From positions 1,441,757 through 1,505,756 of the forward strand of contig CAWDGL010000008.1 of the NCBI GenBank assembly GCA_963801885.1: a stretch of 64,000 nucleotides of DNA, given 5' to 3'. The position numbers were made by a program, and so were the translations under genes. Positions 1 to 8,919 of the stretch are shown here, piece by piece (the stretch's first letter is position 1; every line of letters begins with the position of its first letter). The notes below the pieces were generated by a model. The model was not told the origin of the DNA, ran no database searches, and saw nothing but the letters and a program-made list of their open reading frames with translations. The DNA is from an uncultured Acidobacteriaceae bacterium. GTDB taxonomy: Bacteria; Acidobacteriota; Terriglobia; Terriglobales; Acidobacteriaceae.

Positions 1-20
1 GGCCGTTTGGATTGTTCTGG

Positions 21-1571
21 CTATGCCGCTACAGTCATGGGAATTGACACGTGGATGCGCGTGCCTTCCGGCCCGGATTGCAAATGAAAGTCGCCGCCGA
101 TTTCACCGACTCGCTCGCGCATCCCAGTCAGTCCGACTCCGGCTGCGCTGGCCCGGTTTCCCACGCGCTCGAGCAATTCCTTCGGCATCCCTTTGCCCTG
201 ATCGGTCACTTCGAGCACGACGCGGGAGTGATTGGTGCGCAGAGAAACGTCCGCGGTGGGGCTTCCCGAATGCTTATGAATATTGGTGAGAGCCTCTTGA
301 ATGATCCGGAATAGCATGGTCTCGACGAGCGTGGGCAGGCGCTGCTGGCATTCGAAAACCAGGGTTACGCGAATTCCGCTACGCTTGCCGAATTCTTCCA
401 CGAACCACTTCATGGCGGAATTCAACCCAACCTCGTCGAGAAGTGGAGGGTGAAGGAGATGCGAAAGAGTGCGGGTTTCGCTCAGGCAGAGCTGAATAAT
501 ATTTTGCAAATCGTCGGATCGTTTCTTATCGATCGACGGAGTGTCAGAAACCAGCGCAGCTAGACTCATCGACATGGCAGCGAGGTATTGTCCCATGCTG
601 TCGTGCAGTTCGCGGGCCAGGCGTCGCCGCTCTTCGTCTTGAGCGCGCATTAATTTCGTAGAAAGCTGTCGAAGCGCGGCGGTTCTTTTCCCCACTTCCG
701 CTTCTAGTCTTTCCTGATTCGACCGCAACATCTCCCGGGCTTCGCGTTGCACGTGAATGTCGGTACTCGTGCCCAGCCAGCGAGATATTTTCCCTTGCTG
801 ATCTCGCACCGGAGTAATGCGGGTGAGAAACCAGCGAAATCGGCCGTCCGCACCCAACAGCGGAAACTCCATCTCGAAAGGAACACCTTTCTTGATGCAA
901 TCCTGCCAGCGTCTCAGAACCTCGGGCAAAATGTTGGGATCATGCAATGACTGCCATCCCGAGCCTTGTAATTGCTCGAAACTTTTGCCGGTGTAGAGAT
1001 ACCAGCCCTCGTTGAACCAAACGCTTTTTCCCTCGGCGTCGGCAATCCATGCCAGTTGCGGCATAGCGTTGGCGAGTTCACGAAACTGTTCTTCTGCACG
1101 GCGAAGCGCGTCTTCGCGAGAGCGAATTTCCGCCAGGTGATCGCGCACCTCATATTGTTTTTCTCGGGCGCGAAGCGCAGATTGCACCGTACTCACTAAA
1201 GTTACCGCACGCAGCGGACGCTCCTGCAGCGTGATATTGCCGAGCGGAATGCGCATGAGAGCGAGCTGCCGGCTGGCGCGATTGGGCTCGCCGCCTCCTG
1301 TCATCACGATGATGGGAAAGTCGGACCAGGGTGGCTGGTTCTCTACTGCCGCGGAAATGCATTCTATTTCCGCTTGCCCCAGGGCTTCTTCACCGATTAC
1401 CGCAGCCGCAGCGCCTTCTTGCAATGCTTGCACCAGGGCGGACGCGTCCCGACAGATGTGGCAAGACATTCCCACTTCAGTGAGTGCCGTGGAAATGAGA
1501 TGTGCATCGCGACCGCTGGGGGCAAGCAGCAAAACCCGCGAGTCATTGTTGGCGTTAGTTTGCGGGCTCAT
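21..1571 (-). CDS. sensor histidine kinase: pseudo-receiver + PAS + HisKA_3 + HATPase_c
   Basis: ORF 21..1622. Position 1622 is TTG, so the in-frame ATG at 1571 is preferred. CheY-like N-terminus without acceptor Asp (AAAVIGEEALG). PAS region (AWIADAEGKSVWFNEGW...). H-box LARELHDSMGQYL, N-box ALTNIHKHSGS, G1 TDQGKGMP, G2 GVGLTGMRER. Overlaps the stop of the upstream kaiC-like gene. Confidence 0.85.
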   Translation of the reverse strand: MSPQTNANNDSRVLLLAPSGRDAHLISTALTEVGMSCHICRDASALVQALQEGAAAAVIGEEALGQAEIECISAAVENQPPWSDFPIIVMTGGGEPNRASRQLALMRIPLGNITLQERPLRAVTLVSTVQSALRAREKQYEVRDHLAEIRSREDALRRAEEQFRELANAMPQLAWIADAEGKSVWFNEGWYLYTGKSFEQLQGSGWQSLHDPNILPEVLRRWQDCIKKGVPFEMEFPLLGADGRFRWFLTRITPVRDQQGKISRWLGTSTDIHVQREAREMLRSNQERLEAEVGKRTAALRQLSTKLMRAQDEERRRLARELHDSMGQYLAAMSMSLAALVSDTPSIDKKRSDDLQNIIQLCLSETRTLSHLLHPPLLDEVGLNSAMKWFVEEFGKRSGIRVTLVFECQQRLPTLVETMLFRIIQEALTNIHKHSGSPTADVSLRTNHSRVVLEVTDQGKGMPKELLERVGNRASAAGVGLTGMRERVGEIGGDFHLQSGPEGTRIHVSIPMTVAA

Positions 1572-3069
1572 TCTCGTTGTGTTTATCTCTATCTCGGCCG
1601 TCGACTTTTCGGCGTTTGGCAATTAATATGTCGGGCACGCCGGTGAGGATGCCTTTGAAATCGAATAAAGGATTGCCCACGATGATTCCATGATGCAGTC
1701 GAAGTTCGCGAATGGATCTTTCATGATGTCCGCTGCGTTTCTTAATCATGGAAATCGCCTGCCGGACTTCTCCTTTGGCCTCAAAGAATCGAAGCAGAAG
1801 CACTGAATCGGCCAGGTAGCTGACGTCCACCGGGGTTTGCATCTCCCGCCCAATCAACCCGTGCTGCGCCAGAACCATGAAACTCGCCACTCCTTTTTGA
1901 TTCAGAAAAGTTGTGAGTTCATGCAGCTGCATCGGTAGATATTTTTCTCCTGGCATCGCATTCATAAACCCGTTCAGACTATCGATCACCACCACTCTGG
2001 CGCCATCGTCTTCCACGGCTGAATGCACACGATGCGCAAATTCACCCGGCGAGAGTTCTGCCACGTCGATCTGATGAAGAAGGAACAGCCCGTTTTTTAA
2101 GAAAGGCTGTACGTTGATCCCGAGGCTTTGCAGCCGGGCCAAATACGATTGGATTCCTTCATCGAATAAATAGACGGCAGCGCGCTCACCTCGCTCCATG
2201 GCGGCAAAGGCATATTTCGCCGCGATTGTCGATTTACCGGCCCCAGCTGGCCCCATTATCAGCGTGCTGGTTCCCCGATTAATTCCACCCCCCACGAGGT
2301 CATCCAGTTCTCGAATCCCGCTGGAAATCTGTTCCCGCAGGAAGTCTGATTTGTGTTCCGCGGCCACCAGCCGGGGATAAACTGCCAGTCCCCCTCTGCG
2401 AATGCCGTAATCATGGAATCCTTCGCGAAACGACGAGCCGCGCAATTTCAGTACCTCCATGCGCCGCCTTTTAATTCCGTAATCTCGCGGAAGATTTTCC
2501 AGCGATAAAACGCCGTGAGCTATGCTTTGCAGTTGCAGATCACGGTCGGTGTTGGTTCGATCATCCAGCATTAGGACAGTGCATTGCTTCCCGGAAAAGT
2601 ATTGTTTAAAGGCAAGAATCTGACGGCGGTACCGAAGCGGATCCTGCGCCAACATGCGCAGCTCGGAAAGTGAGTCGATGACCACGCGTTTCGGGTTCAA
2701 TTCCTCTACTTTCGCTACGATCGCTTTGGTGGTATCTCCCAGTTCCACTTCCGAGGGGTGAAAAACGGTATACTGCCGTTCTGGTCTGAGGTGTTCCTCG
2801 TCGGGCAATAACTCAAAAATTTTAAGCTTTTCCAGCGACCATCCGTGCGAAGCCGAAACGTCTTCCAGTTCTCTAGCCGATTCCGACAGCGTCACGTACA
2901 ACACCGATTCCCCCTGGCTGGCGCCGGAGAGCAAGAACTGCAGAGCCAGGGTGGTCTTCCCAGTGCCTGGGTCTCCTTCGATCAGATAAAGGTGGCCCGC
3001 GGGCAGTCCGCCGGCCAGGACATCGTCCAATCCTTCAACGCCGCTGCCAAGTCTGTGCTGGTTTTTCAT
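1555..3069 (-). CDS. KaiC-like double RecA-type ATPase
   Basis: 504 aa in two homologous halves. Each half has a Walker A (GDPGTGKTT; GPAGAGKST) and a hhhhDS Walker B (VVIDSLSEL; VVVIDSLNGF). ATG start at 3069. Confidence 0.85.
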   Translation of the reverse strand: MKNQHRLGSGVEGLDDVLAGGLPAGHLYLIEGDPGTGKTTLALQFLLSGASQGESVLYVTLSESARELEDVSASHGWSLEKLKIFELLPDEEHLRPERQYTVFHPSEVELGDTTKAIVAKVEELNPKRVVIDSLSELRMLAQDPLRYRRQILAFKQYFSGKQCTVLMLDDRTNTDRDLQLQSIAHGVLSLENLPRDYGIKRRRMEVLKLRGSSFREGFHDYGIRRGGLAVYPRLVAAEHKSDFLREQISSGIRELDDLVGGGINRGTSTLIMGPAGAGKSTIAAKYAFAAMERGERAAVYLFDEGIQSYLARLQSLGINVQPFLKNGLFLLHQIDVAELSPGEFAHRVHSAVEDDGARVVVIDSLNGFMNAMPGEKYLPMQLHELTTFLNQKGVASFMVLAQHGLIGREMQTPVDVSYLADSVLLLRFFEAKGEVRQAISMIKKRSGHHERSIRELRLHHGIIVGNPLFDFKGILTGVPDILIAKRRKVDGRDRDKHNENEPAN

Positions 3070-3452
3070 CGTGTTTCCTTACCGGGGTCGCATGTCTCCT
3101 TTGGACTGGCGAGCGACCGTCCGCATATATCGGTTTTCGTCAAATGTCGCGAACCCTTGAACTGGGTGCGCCTTGCCGCTTTGGAATTCGATTAAGTCGT
3201 TGAGTTAGAGAGAAAAAGCCTTTAAGGGGTTGGCCTTGCCGAAGAACTGAAGCGGAAAAGATCTCGAGAAGATTGTTGTACCCCAAGGTTTTCTTTGAAG
3301 TACAAGGTTCGCCGTACTGACACTTGCTTGCGGGTAGATTTACGCTCGATAGCGGTGCCACTGAAGGTGGTGCCAGTTATCGCGTCGCGGCCAGACGGAT
3401 CAGACTAAGGTCCGGGAAACCGCGAACAAATCGACTTTGGAGGAGAGCCACA

Positions 3453-3608
3453 ATGAGCATTTGGACAATCTTATTCGTGATTCTGTTGATCGCTTGGTTG
3501 TGCGGCTTCACAGTGTTCCACGTGGCGGGTGGATTGATTCACTTGCTGCTGGTATTCGCCGTGATCTCGTTGATTTTGCATTTCGTATTGGGACCACGCG
3601 CCGCATAA
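3453..3608 (+). CDS. small two-TM membrane protein, lmo0937-type
   Basis: ATG at 3453 preceded by GGAGGAG (3440-3446). 51 aa: MSIWTILFVILLIAWLCGFTVFHVAGGLIHLLLVFAVISLILHFVLGPRAA. The upstream part of track ORF 3324..3608 is Arg-rich and non-coding-like. Confidence 0.7.
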   Translation: MSIWTILFVILLIAWLCGFTVFHVAGGLIHLLLVFAVISLILHFVLGPRAA

Positions 3609-3737
3609 GGCAGGCGGACACCAAGTTTCCGCTCGTGTCCGCTGGTGGTTCAAGTCGTGGAGATTGGTAAGTGCAAACCGATCAGTAAGCTAAACCCAGG
3701 GGTCTTGACCCTGTTAATGTCGAAAGGATGGAATCAG

Positions 3738-4058
3738 ATGAAATGGAACAGCATTCTTAAATCGCTTCTGAAAACCGCAGTTTACGTTATCGATCAGACG
3801 TCGGAGCAGGTGGATCGTGCCTCAGAGCGCGCGTCTGACTTTGCCGATGATGCGCGAACAGCTATTTTCCCCGAGGAAGATCACACCGTCCGCAATATTC
3901 TTCTTTTCGCCGCCGGAGTAGGCGTGGGCGTGGGAGCCGGGATGCTCCTGGCGCCAGCAAGCGGTGAAGATATTCGCAACACTATCACTGAGAAAGTTCA
4001 GGACATCAGCGATAAGGTAAAGGGCCGCCAACGGTACGAGGCGACCGGCACCGAGTAA
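3738..4058 (+). CDS. YtxH domain-containing (general stress-type) protein
   Basis: ATG 3738 with AAGGA 9 nt upstream. TM/Gly-rich segment followed by LLAPASGEDIRNTITEKV, typical of YtxH. Start could also be 3717. Confidence 0.7.
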   Translation: MKWNSILKSLLKTAVYVIDQTSEQVDRASERASDFADDARTAIFPEEDHTVRNILLFAAGVGVGVGAGMLLAPASGEDIRNTITEKVQDISDKVKGRQRYEATGTE

Positions 4059-4224
4059 GACTCGGACTTGTAGACACCTGTACGTTGAAAGTAGGGACGT
4101 CGCTCCTGCGCAGTGGCTGGCAGGAGCGATGCAGCATTTATGTTTGAACCCTTGCGTCGTGAGGGCACAGCAGCGACTACAAAGCCCGCGCATGCATTCC
4201 CGCCAGAGGCAATGGAGAATCCGA

Positions 4225-4674
4225 ATGAAAAGTCATAAATCAAAACCGACTTCGAGTGATCCGATTCCTGCGGCGGGACAAAAGCTTTCAATTTCGCCGG
4301 TTCCCTTGGTCCTGATGGCGCTGCTGGCGTCCTCTCTCAGCCTCGTTGGATGTACGACAGACGATCACAGACAAAACCCGGATGAGCTGCGAGAAAAAAC
4401 GGCCCAGGCGACGGCCGAAGTGAAGAGCGATGTGAAGGCGGTCGCGCAAGGCGTGCGCGATGGTCTAACCCGCGACAAGGATCACGTCGATCTGAACACG
4501 GCGACAAAAGATCAGCTCATCGGAATCGGCCTGACTCGCGCTCAAAGCGATCACGTTATTGCACACCGTCCTTACGCGAGCACGCACGAACTTCTCACGA
4601 AGCATGTGCTGTCTGAAGACGAGTACAAAACGATCGAACCGCACGTTCGGGTCGACGCCTCGTCAAATCAGTAG
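4225..4674 (+). CDS. lipoprotein with ComEA-like helix-hairpin-helix domain
   Basis: ATG 4225. Signal peptide with lipobox (LSLVGC). C-terminal VDLNTATKDQLIGIGLTRAQSDHVIAHRPYASTHELL resembles the ComEA HhH motif. Confidence 0.7.
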   Translation: MKSHKSKPTSSDPIPAAGQKLSISPVPLVLMALLASSLSLVGCTTDDHRQNPDELREKTAQATAEVKSDVKAVAQGVRDGLTRDKDHVDLNTATKDQLIGIGLTRAQSDHVIAHRPYASTHELLTKHVLSEDEYKTIEPHVRVDASSNQ

Positions 4675-4711
4675 CATCCGCGCCAGTCGCACATTTTCAA
4701 TTTGATGTGGG

Positions 4712-4810
4712 GTCATCCCGAAAGGCGGCGCATTTCAGCCGCCTGAGGGAGCTCCCTTCGACTTCATCCAGGGGAGGGCTCTCCGTTTGAAACCGCTGCC
4801 CCCAGCCCTA
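4712..4810 (+). repeat. REP-like intergenic element (GTCATCCCGAA head, internal hairpins)
   Basis: GTCATCCCGAA at 4712. Hairpin GGCGGC-N8-GCCGCC (4724-4743) and palindrome GGGAGCTCCC (4746-4755). The head motif recurs at 63984 (+) and, reverse-complemented, at 50841. Boundaries are approximate. Confidence 0.35.
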
Positions 4811-4824
4811 TCGGGCCGAGCATG

Positions 4825-4849
4825 AAAAAGTCCCGCCCGGAGGCGGGAC
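4825..4849 (-). terminator. rho-independent terminator downstream of the OmpA-family gene
   Basis: Perfect 8-bp stem GTCCCGCC/GGCGGGAC (4830-4837/4842-4849) with loop CGGA. A5 at 4825-4829 gives a U5 tract on the minus strand, 45 nt after the stop at 4894. Confidence 0.6.
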
Positions 4850-4893
4850 AGAAGTTGCATGTTGTTCAGGCTAACTACTCAACAGGTCCACTT

Positions 4894-6615
4894 TTATTGC
4901 GGACTCATCGCAGGCGAAGACGACGGGGATTCCATATTCTGTTTCCCAATCACGTCCCCTGAAACCACCATATCGACTCGGCGGTTGAGCTTCCGTCCAG
5001 CGGCGGTGCTGTTGTCCGCAACCGGATCTGCCTTTCCAAATCCCTGAGCAACGACGTTGTTGACGGGAACGCCAGAGCTGACCAGGTAGTCGCGCACCGT
5101 GCCCGCGCGCTCCTCGGACAGGGTCTGATTGTATTCATCGCTGCCAATACTGTCGGTGTATCCCTCGATCTGCAGGTGAAGATCGGGGTACGCGAGCACG
5201 ATACCCGAGATTCGAGCCAGGCGTTCACGCGCTTCCGGCTTCAACGTGTATTTGCCGAAGGCGAATAGCACATCCGGCATGCTGACAATCAGGCCGCGAG
5301 CGGTGTCTTTGGTCTGCAATACCTGGTTCAGCTGATTTAGCAGCCGAGCTCGCATTTCTTCTTTTTGCTGTACAGCTTGCTGTCGCGCCTGCTCGGCTGC
5401 GGCTGCCTGCTGCTCGGCAATTGTCGTCTGCTGTTGCAGTTGGGCGTTTTGTTGGTCGGCCTGTTGCGCAGCCAGGCGTGCGGCATCCGCTTCAGCCTGA
5501 GCTTGTTGTTGCGCGGCTAGAGCTGCGGCCTGCTGTTGTTGTGCGGCTGCCTGGGCAGCCTCGGCTTCCGCACGCTTCTGCGCATCCTCCGCGGATTGTG
5601 CCTGGGCCTGGTCCGCGCGCTGGCGGGCAGCTTCGGCGTCGGCCTCGGCTTTCGCCTGCGCTTCCTGCTGGGCGCGGCGCTCGGCATCCAGACGTTCCTG
5701 CTCTTTGCGGCGGAGCGTTAGCACGCGAGCGTCTTCGGCCATTTGAGTGGCGCCGCGGGCCGCGGTGCCAATCGGAGTGCTGCCTTGCTTCCTCTGCAGA
5801 TAATCTTCAGCGCGCTGCAACATGTCTTCGGCTTTGGTAAGGCTGTCAGGCGCGTACTGCTGGGCTCCCGCGGCCTTCGCGATGGCGACGGCATTGCGCG
5901 CTTCAAGCAAATCGAGAGTAACGTTGCCGTGTGCCTGCGTCGCAGGAAGCTGATCGGCAGGAACGTCGATGGTGTACTGGCTTCCTTCCAGCACGTCAAA
6001 CTTGGCGTCAATCGGCTCTTCGAAGCCTTTCGTCTCCTGACGAATCACATTCTCCGCAATGACTTTATTACTTGGGCGAATAACGGCGTAGTAAGGCTCG
6101 GCCGTTACGATCATGCCAAAGGCCTGCAGGTCGGTAGTGACATCAATCTTGTCCTTGCCGCCTCCACTGGGAAGAATTTCGCCGAGGTTGACCGCACGGC
6201 CCTCTGGCGTAATCGCCCAGAGAACATAAGTGAGGTACTGTCCGCCGAGAGTGCTGGCCTGCTGAAGGTGATTGAGTTCGACGCTGATGGCGAGGCGGCC
6301 GGCTTTGCCGTCAACTTTGGCATGGCCCGCAACTTCAGGCATCAACTCTGTGCCGCGGAAATCGACCATGGTCGATCCGCCGCGATGGCGGTAATTGACC
6401 GCCTTGGCCGTGCGCGCGAACACATTGACGCGGAAGACGGGAATGTCCTGTCCCGTGTTCTGATTCATTTGCTGCGGAGCGGCGTCCTGATTGGTGGCAG
6501 GAGCCTGGTCGGGATGAGGTGCGGAGGGGTACATCGGAGCAGGAGAGTTGTCCTGTCCCCAGACCAGAGATGAAAGCATCACCGGGAATATCAGCAGAAA
6601 TGGGGATCTTTTCAT
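4894..6615 (-). CDS. OmpA-family peptidoglycan-binding protein with long Q/A-rich coiled coil
   Basis: ATG 6615 with AGAGG RBS and signal peptide MKRSPFLLIFPVMLSSLVWGQ. C-terminal OmpA domain (LHLQIEGYTDSIGSDEYNQTLSEERAGTVRDYL...NRRVDMVVSG). About 130 aa of Q/A/E-rich low complexity. Confidence 0.85.
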   Translation of the reverse strand: MKRSPFLLIFPVMLSSLVWGQDNSPAPMYPSAPHPDQAPATNQDAAPQQMNQNTGQDIPVFRVNVFARTAKAVNYRHRGGSTMVDFRGTELMPEVAGHAKVDGKAGRLAISVELNHLQQASTLGGQYLTYVLWAITPEGRAVNLGEILPSGGGKDKIDVTTDLQAFGMIVTAEPYYAVIRPSNKVIAENVIRQETKGFEEPIDAKFDVLEGSQYTIDVPADQLPATQAHGNVTLDLLEARNAVAIAKAAGAQQYAPDSLTKAEDMLQRAEDYLQRKQGSTPIGTAARGATQMAEDARVLTLRRKEQERLDAERRAQQEAQAKAEADAEAARQRADQAQAQSAEDAQKRAEAEAAQAAAQQQQAAALAAQQQAQAEADAARLAAQQADQQNAQLQQQTTIAEQQAAAAEQARQQAVQQKEEMRARLLNQLNQVLQTKDTARGLIVSMPDVLFAFGKYTLKPEARERLARISGIVLAYPDLHLQIEGYTDSIGSDEYNQTLSEERAGTVRDYLVSSGVPVNNVVAQGFGKADPVADNSTAAGRKLNRRVDMVVSGDVIGKQNMESPSSSPAMSPQ

Positions 6616-6785
6616 AAACACCTCTTTGTAATTATGGGGGCCCTGCATCATTGGGTGCATGAAAAGGCTGTAAGGTTGGGACCAAAATCCGCGCACGACC
6701 CACAATGACACACGTCAGAGCTTCTCGTAGGGTCAATTTCGCGAGCACGGAAGACTTAATCCCACGCATCTTAGCTGGGCACCGC

Positions 6786-8276
6786 TTAGCTGGGCACCGC
6801 GACTGAAGTGGATGGAGTGCGTTTTGGCTTGGTTAGAGAAAAATAAAAAATCGCGCCTTTTCCGACCTCACTCTCGGCCCAAATGTCGCCGCCGTGCCTT
6901 CGAACGATTCTTTGGACGGTCGCGAGTCCAATGCCATTGCCGGGAAACTCCTCGGAAGAGTGCAATCTCTGAAAAGGTTGAAACAGGCGATTCGCCGACC
7001 GGGAATCGAATCCCACTCCGTTATCTCGAACGAAATAGACAGGGATTCCGTCTTTCATCTGGACCCCAAACTCGATTCTCGCGGCAGCTTGATTGGAAGT
7101 GTATTTCCACGCATTGCGGAGAAGATTATCGATCACCACATACAGTAGCCGGGGATCTCCTTCGACTTTCGTTGTTTCCTCGATCACGAAATCGACTTTG
7201 CGTTCGGGCGAACCGATTTTCAACTCATCGCTGATGGCTCGCGCGATTGCCGTCAGGTCTACCGGTTCGCGCAGCATGGCTCCGCTGGTGACGCGAGAAA
7301 GATTGAGCAGGTCGTCAATCAGCTGCATCATTCGCCGGCCGGAGCCGCGAATACGCCCGATCAGTTCGTTGCCTTTGTCGTCAAGCTTGCGGCTGTATTC
7401 TTTCGAGAGAACGTAGGCAAAGCCGTTGAGGGCATCCACCGGACCGCGCAAATCGTGCGACACGGAATACGAAAACGCCTCCAGTTCGCGGTTAGCGACT
7501 AATAATTCACGCGTGCGATCGGCCACGCGATGCTCCAATTCGGCGCGTCCTTGCTGCAATTCATTATCGCGGTGCTGGATTTGGGCCAACATTTCATTAA
7601 AGGCGTCCACCAGCAGCGCGACCTCGTCATGCTCGCCACTGGGGACTGCGCGAACCGCATAGTTTTTGTCTTGCGATACTGAACGCGCCACCTCGGCGAG
7701 GCTGACAATCGGCGTTACCACAGATCGTCGGAACAACGACGAGACAATCGAGGCCGCCACCAGACTCAGCAGCAAGACTCCGAAAGCAATGGCGGCATAG
7801 CGCCGCAGTCGCCTATCGATTTCGCGAAGATCCGATCGTATGTATACAAAGCCCAAGAGCTGCCCTTGAAAAATGATGGGTCGGGCCAGAATCAAATGTG
7901 TATTGCCAAACCAATATGATTCTTTTTGCGGGTCGGGGAGGACCGGCAAAGTCAGAGGTTCTTTACCACCGTCGCGCAAGTAGCTCGCGAAGGGTTTTCG
8001 ATCATAAGTAAAAATGGCGGCGGACTCGACGTTGGAAGAGCTTTTCAGCGCGGAAAGAGTGTTTGCCGCGGTCTGCGGATCATTAAACAGCAGCGCCGAC
8101 ACGCTGTTCGAGCCCACAATCTGCGCTTGTGCTGAAAGGGCGTGCACCAGGCCTTGCCGGAAAGTCAGCTGGTCATAGGCGAAGAATGCCGCTCCAGCCA
8201 GCAACAGCGCGGCGCCGCTTACCAGCATGTTCATCACGGTTATTTTTCTTGCGATTGACCTGGTCGTGGCTGTCAT
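6786..8276 (-). CDS. sensor histidine kinase (periplasmic sensor domain, HAMP, HisKA, HATPase_c)
   Basis: Two TM segments flank a ~140-aa periplasmic domain. HAMP (VTPIVSLAEVARSV...FNEMLAQI). H-box FSYSVSHDLRGPV, N-box LLRNAWKYT, G1 RDNGVGF, G2 GNGIGLATV. The ATG overlaps the upstream stop (ATGA). Confidence 0.9.
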   Translation of the reverse strand: MTATTRSIARKITVMNMLVSGAALLLAGAAFFAYDQLTFRQGLVHALSAQAQIVGSNSVSALLFNDPQTAANTLSALKSSSNVESAAIFTYDRKPFASYLRDGGKEPLTLPVLPDPQKESYWFGNTHLILARPIIFQGQLLGFVYIRSDLREIDRRLRRYAAIAFGVLLLSLVAASIVSSLFRRSVVTPIVSLAEVARSVSQDKNYAVRAVPSGEHDEVALLVDAFNEMLAQIQHRDNELQQGRAELEHRVADRTRELLVANRELEAFSYSVSHDLRGPVDALNGFAYVLSKEYSRKLDDKGNELIGRIRGSGRRMMQLIDDLLNLSRVTSGAMLREPVDLTAIARAISDELKIGSPERKVDFVIEETTKVEGDPRLLYVVIDNLLRNAWKYTSNQAAARIEFGVQMKDGIPVYFVRDNGVGFDSRSANRLFQPFQRLHSSEEFPGNGIGLATVQRIVRRHGGDIWAESEVGKGAIFYFSLTKPKRTPSTSVAVPS

Positions 8277-8896
8277 TGGTTGACCTCCCAGGCCTGCTTG
8301 GTGCCAATGACTTTGAGTGCCACTTTCAGAAGTTCAGAGCTGACGGTTAATCCGGCGTCGCTAACGGCTGCGACGTTGACCTCAAATCGAATTCTTCCTT
8401 CCACGTTTACCAGTTCGATCATGCCACCGCGTTCGGCGAACCCGGGGATGTCACTGACGGTGAGTAAATTCAATTGCTTGGTCGTGCCCAGAATCGATTT
8501 AAGGCGGTTTTCCTCCGAGGAACTGATGAATAGGATTTTGCAATGAGAGGATTCAGGAAGGTTGGAAACGTTCTTGACCCCTATATTTTTGCCGTCAATC
8601 TTTTCGCCGGCAACGGTAGTTTCAAGCGCCTGGCCAAAGGGATTTTTACCCAGTACGCAAATATCGAAGGAATCGGAATTTTGTTGGGGCTGTGCCTGCC
8701 AACGCACGAATTTGCCGAAGTTGTAAATGTAAGCGGCTTTCACCTGCGATTCCGTGGGGCGCGACTGCTGCGCGGTGCAGACGATGGCACAAAAGAAAAA
8801 GGAAATCAGCAGCGCAGGCAAGTGCAGCGCGGCCGGGAAAGGAACGGCTAGGGCCGGGATCATCCGGCGGACTCGAAATCTGGCGACTTTTTGCAT
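8273..8896 (-). CDS. YfiR-like periplasmic protein (DUF4154 family)
   Basis: Signal/TM segment, then VKAAYIYNFGKFVRW ... CKILFISSSE ... LLTVSDIPGFAERGGMIELV...IRFEVNVAAVSDAGLTVSSELLKVA. This pattern is characteristic of DUF4154/YfiR. Confidence 0.8.
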   Translation of the reverse strand: MQKVARFRVRRMIPALAVPFPAALHLPALLISFFFCAIVCTAQQSRPTESQVKAAYIYNFGKFVRWQAQPQQNSDSFDICVLGKNPFGQALETTVAGEKIDGKNIGVKNVSNLPESSHCKILFISSSEENRLKSILGTTKQLNLLTVSDIPGFAERGGMIELVNVEGRIRFEVNVAAVSDAGLTVSSELLKVALKVIGTKQAWEVNQ

Positions 8897-8919
8897 TCAC
8901 TTCCGACGCTGCAGCCGTA

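Noticed and set aside
3140-3361. 73-aa ORF and other short ORFs in the 380-nt spacer upstream of the kaiC-like gene.
   Set aside because: No RBS and no recognisable motif. The region is more plausibly the divergent promoter/5'-UTR space between the kaiC-like operon and the lmo0937-type gene.
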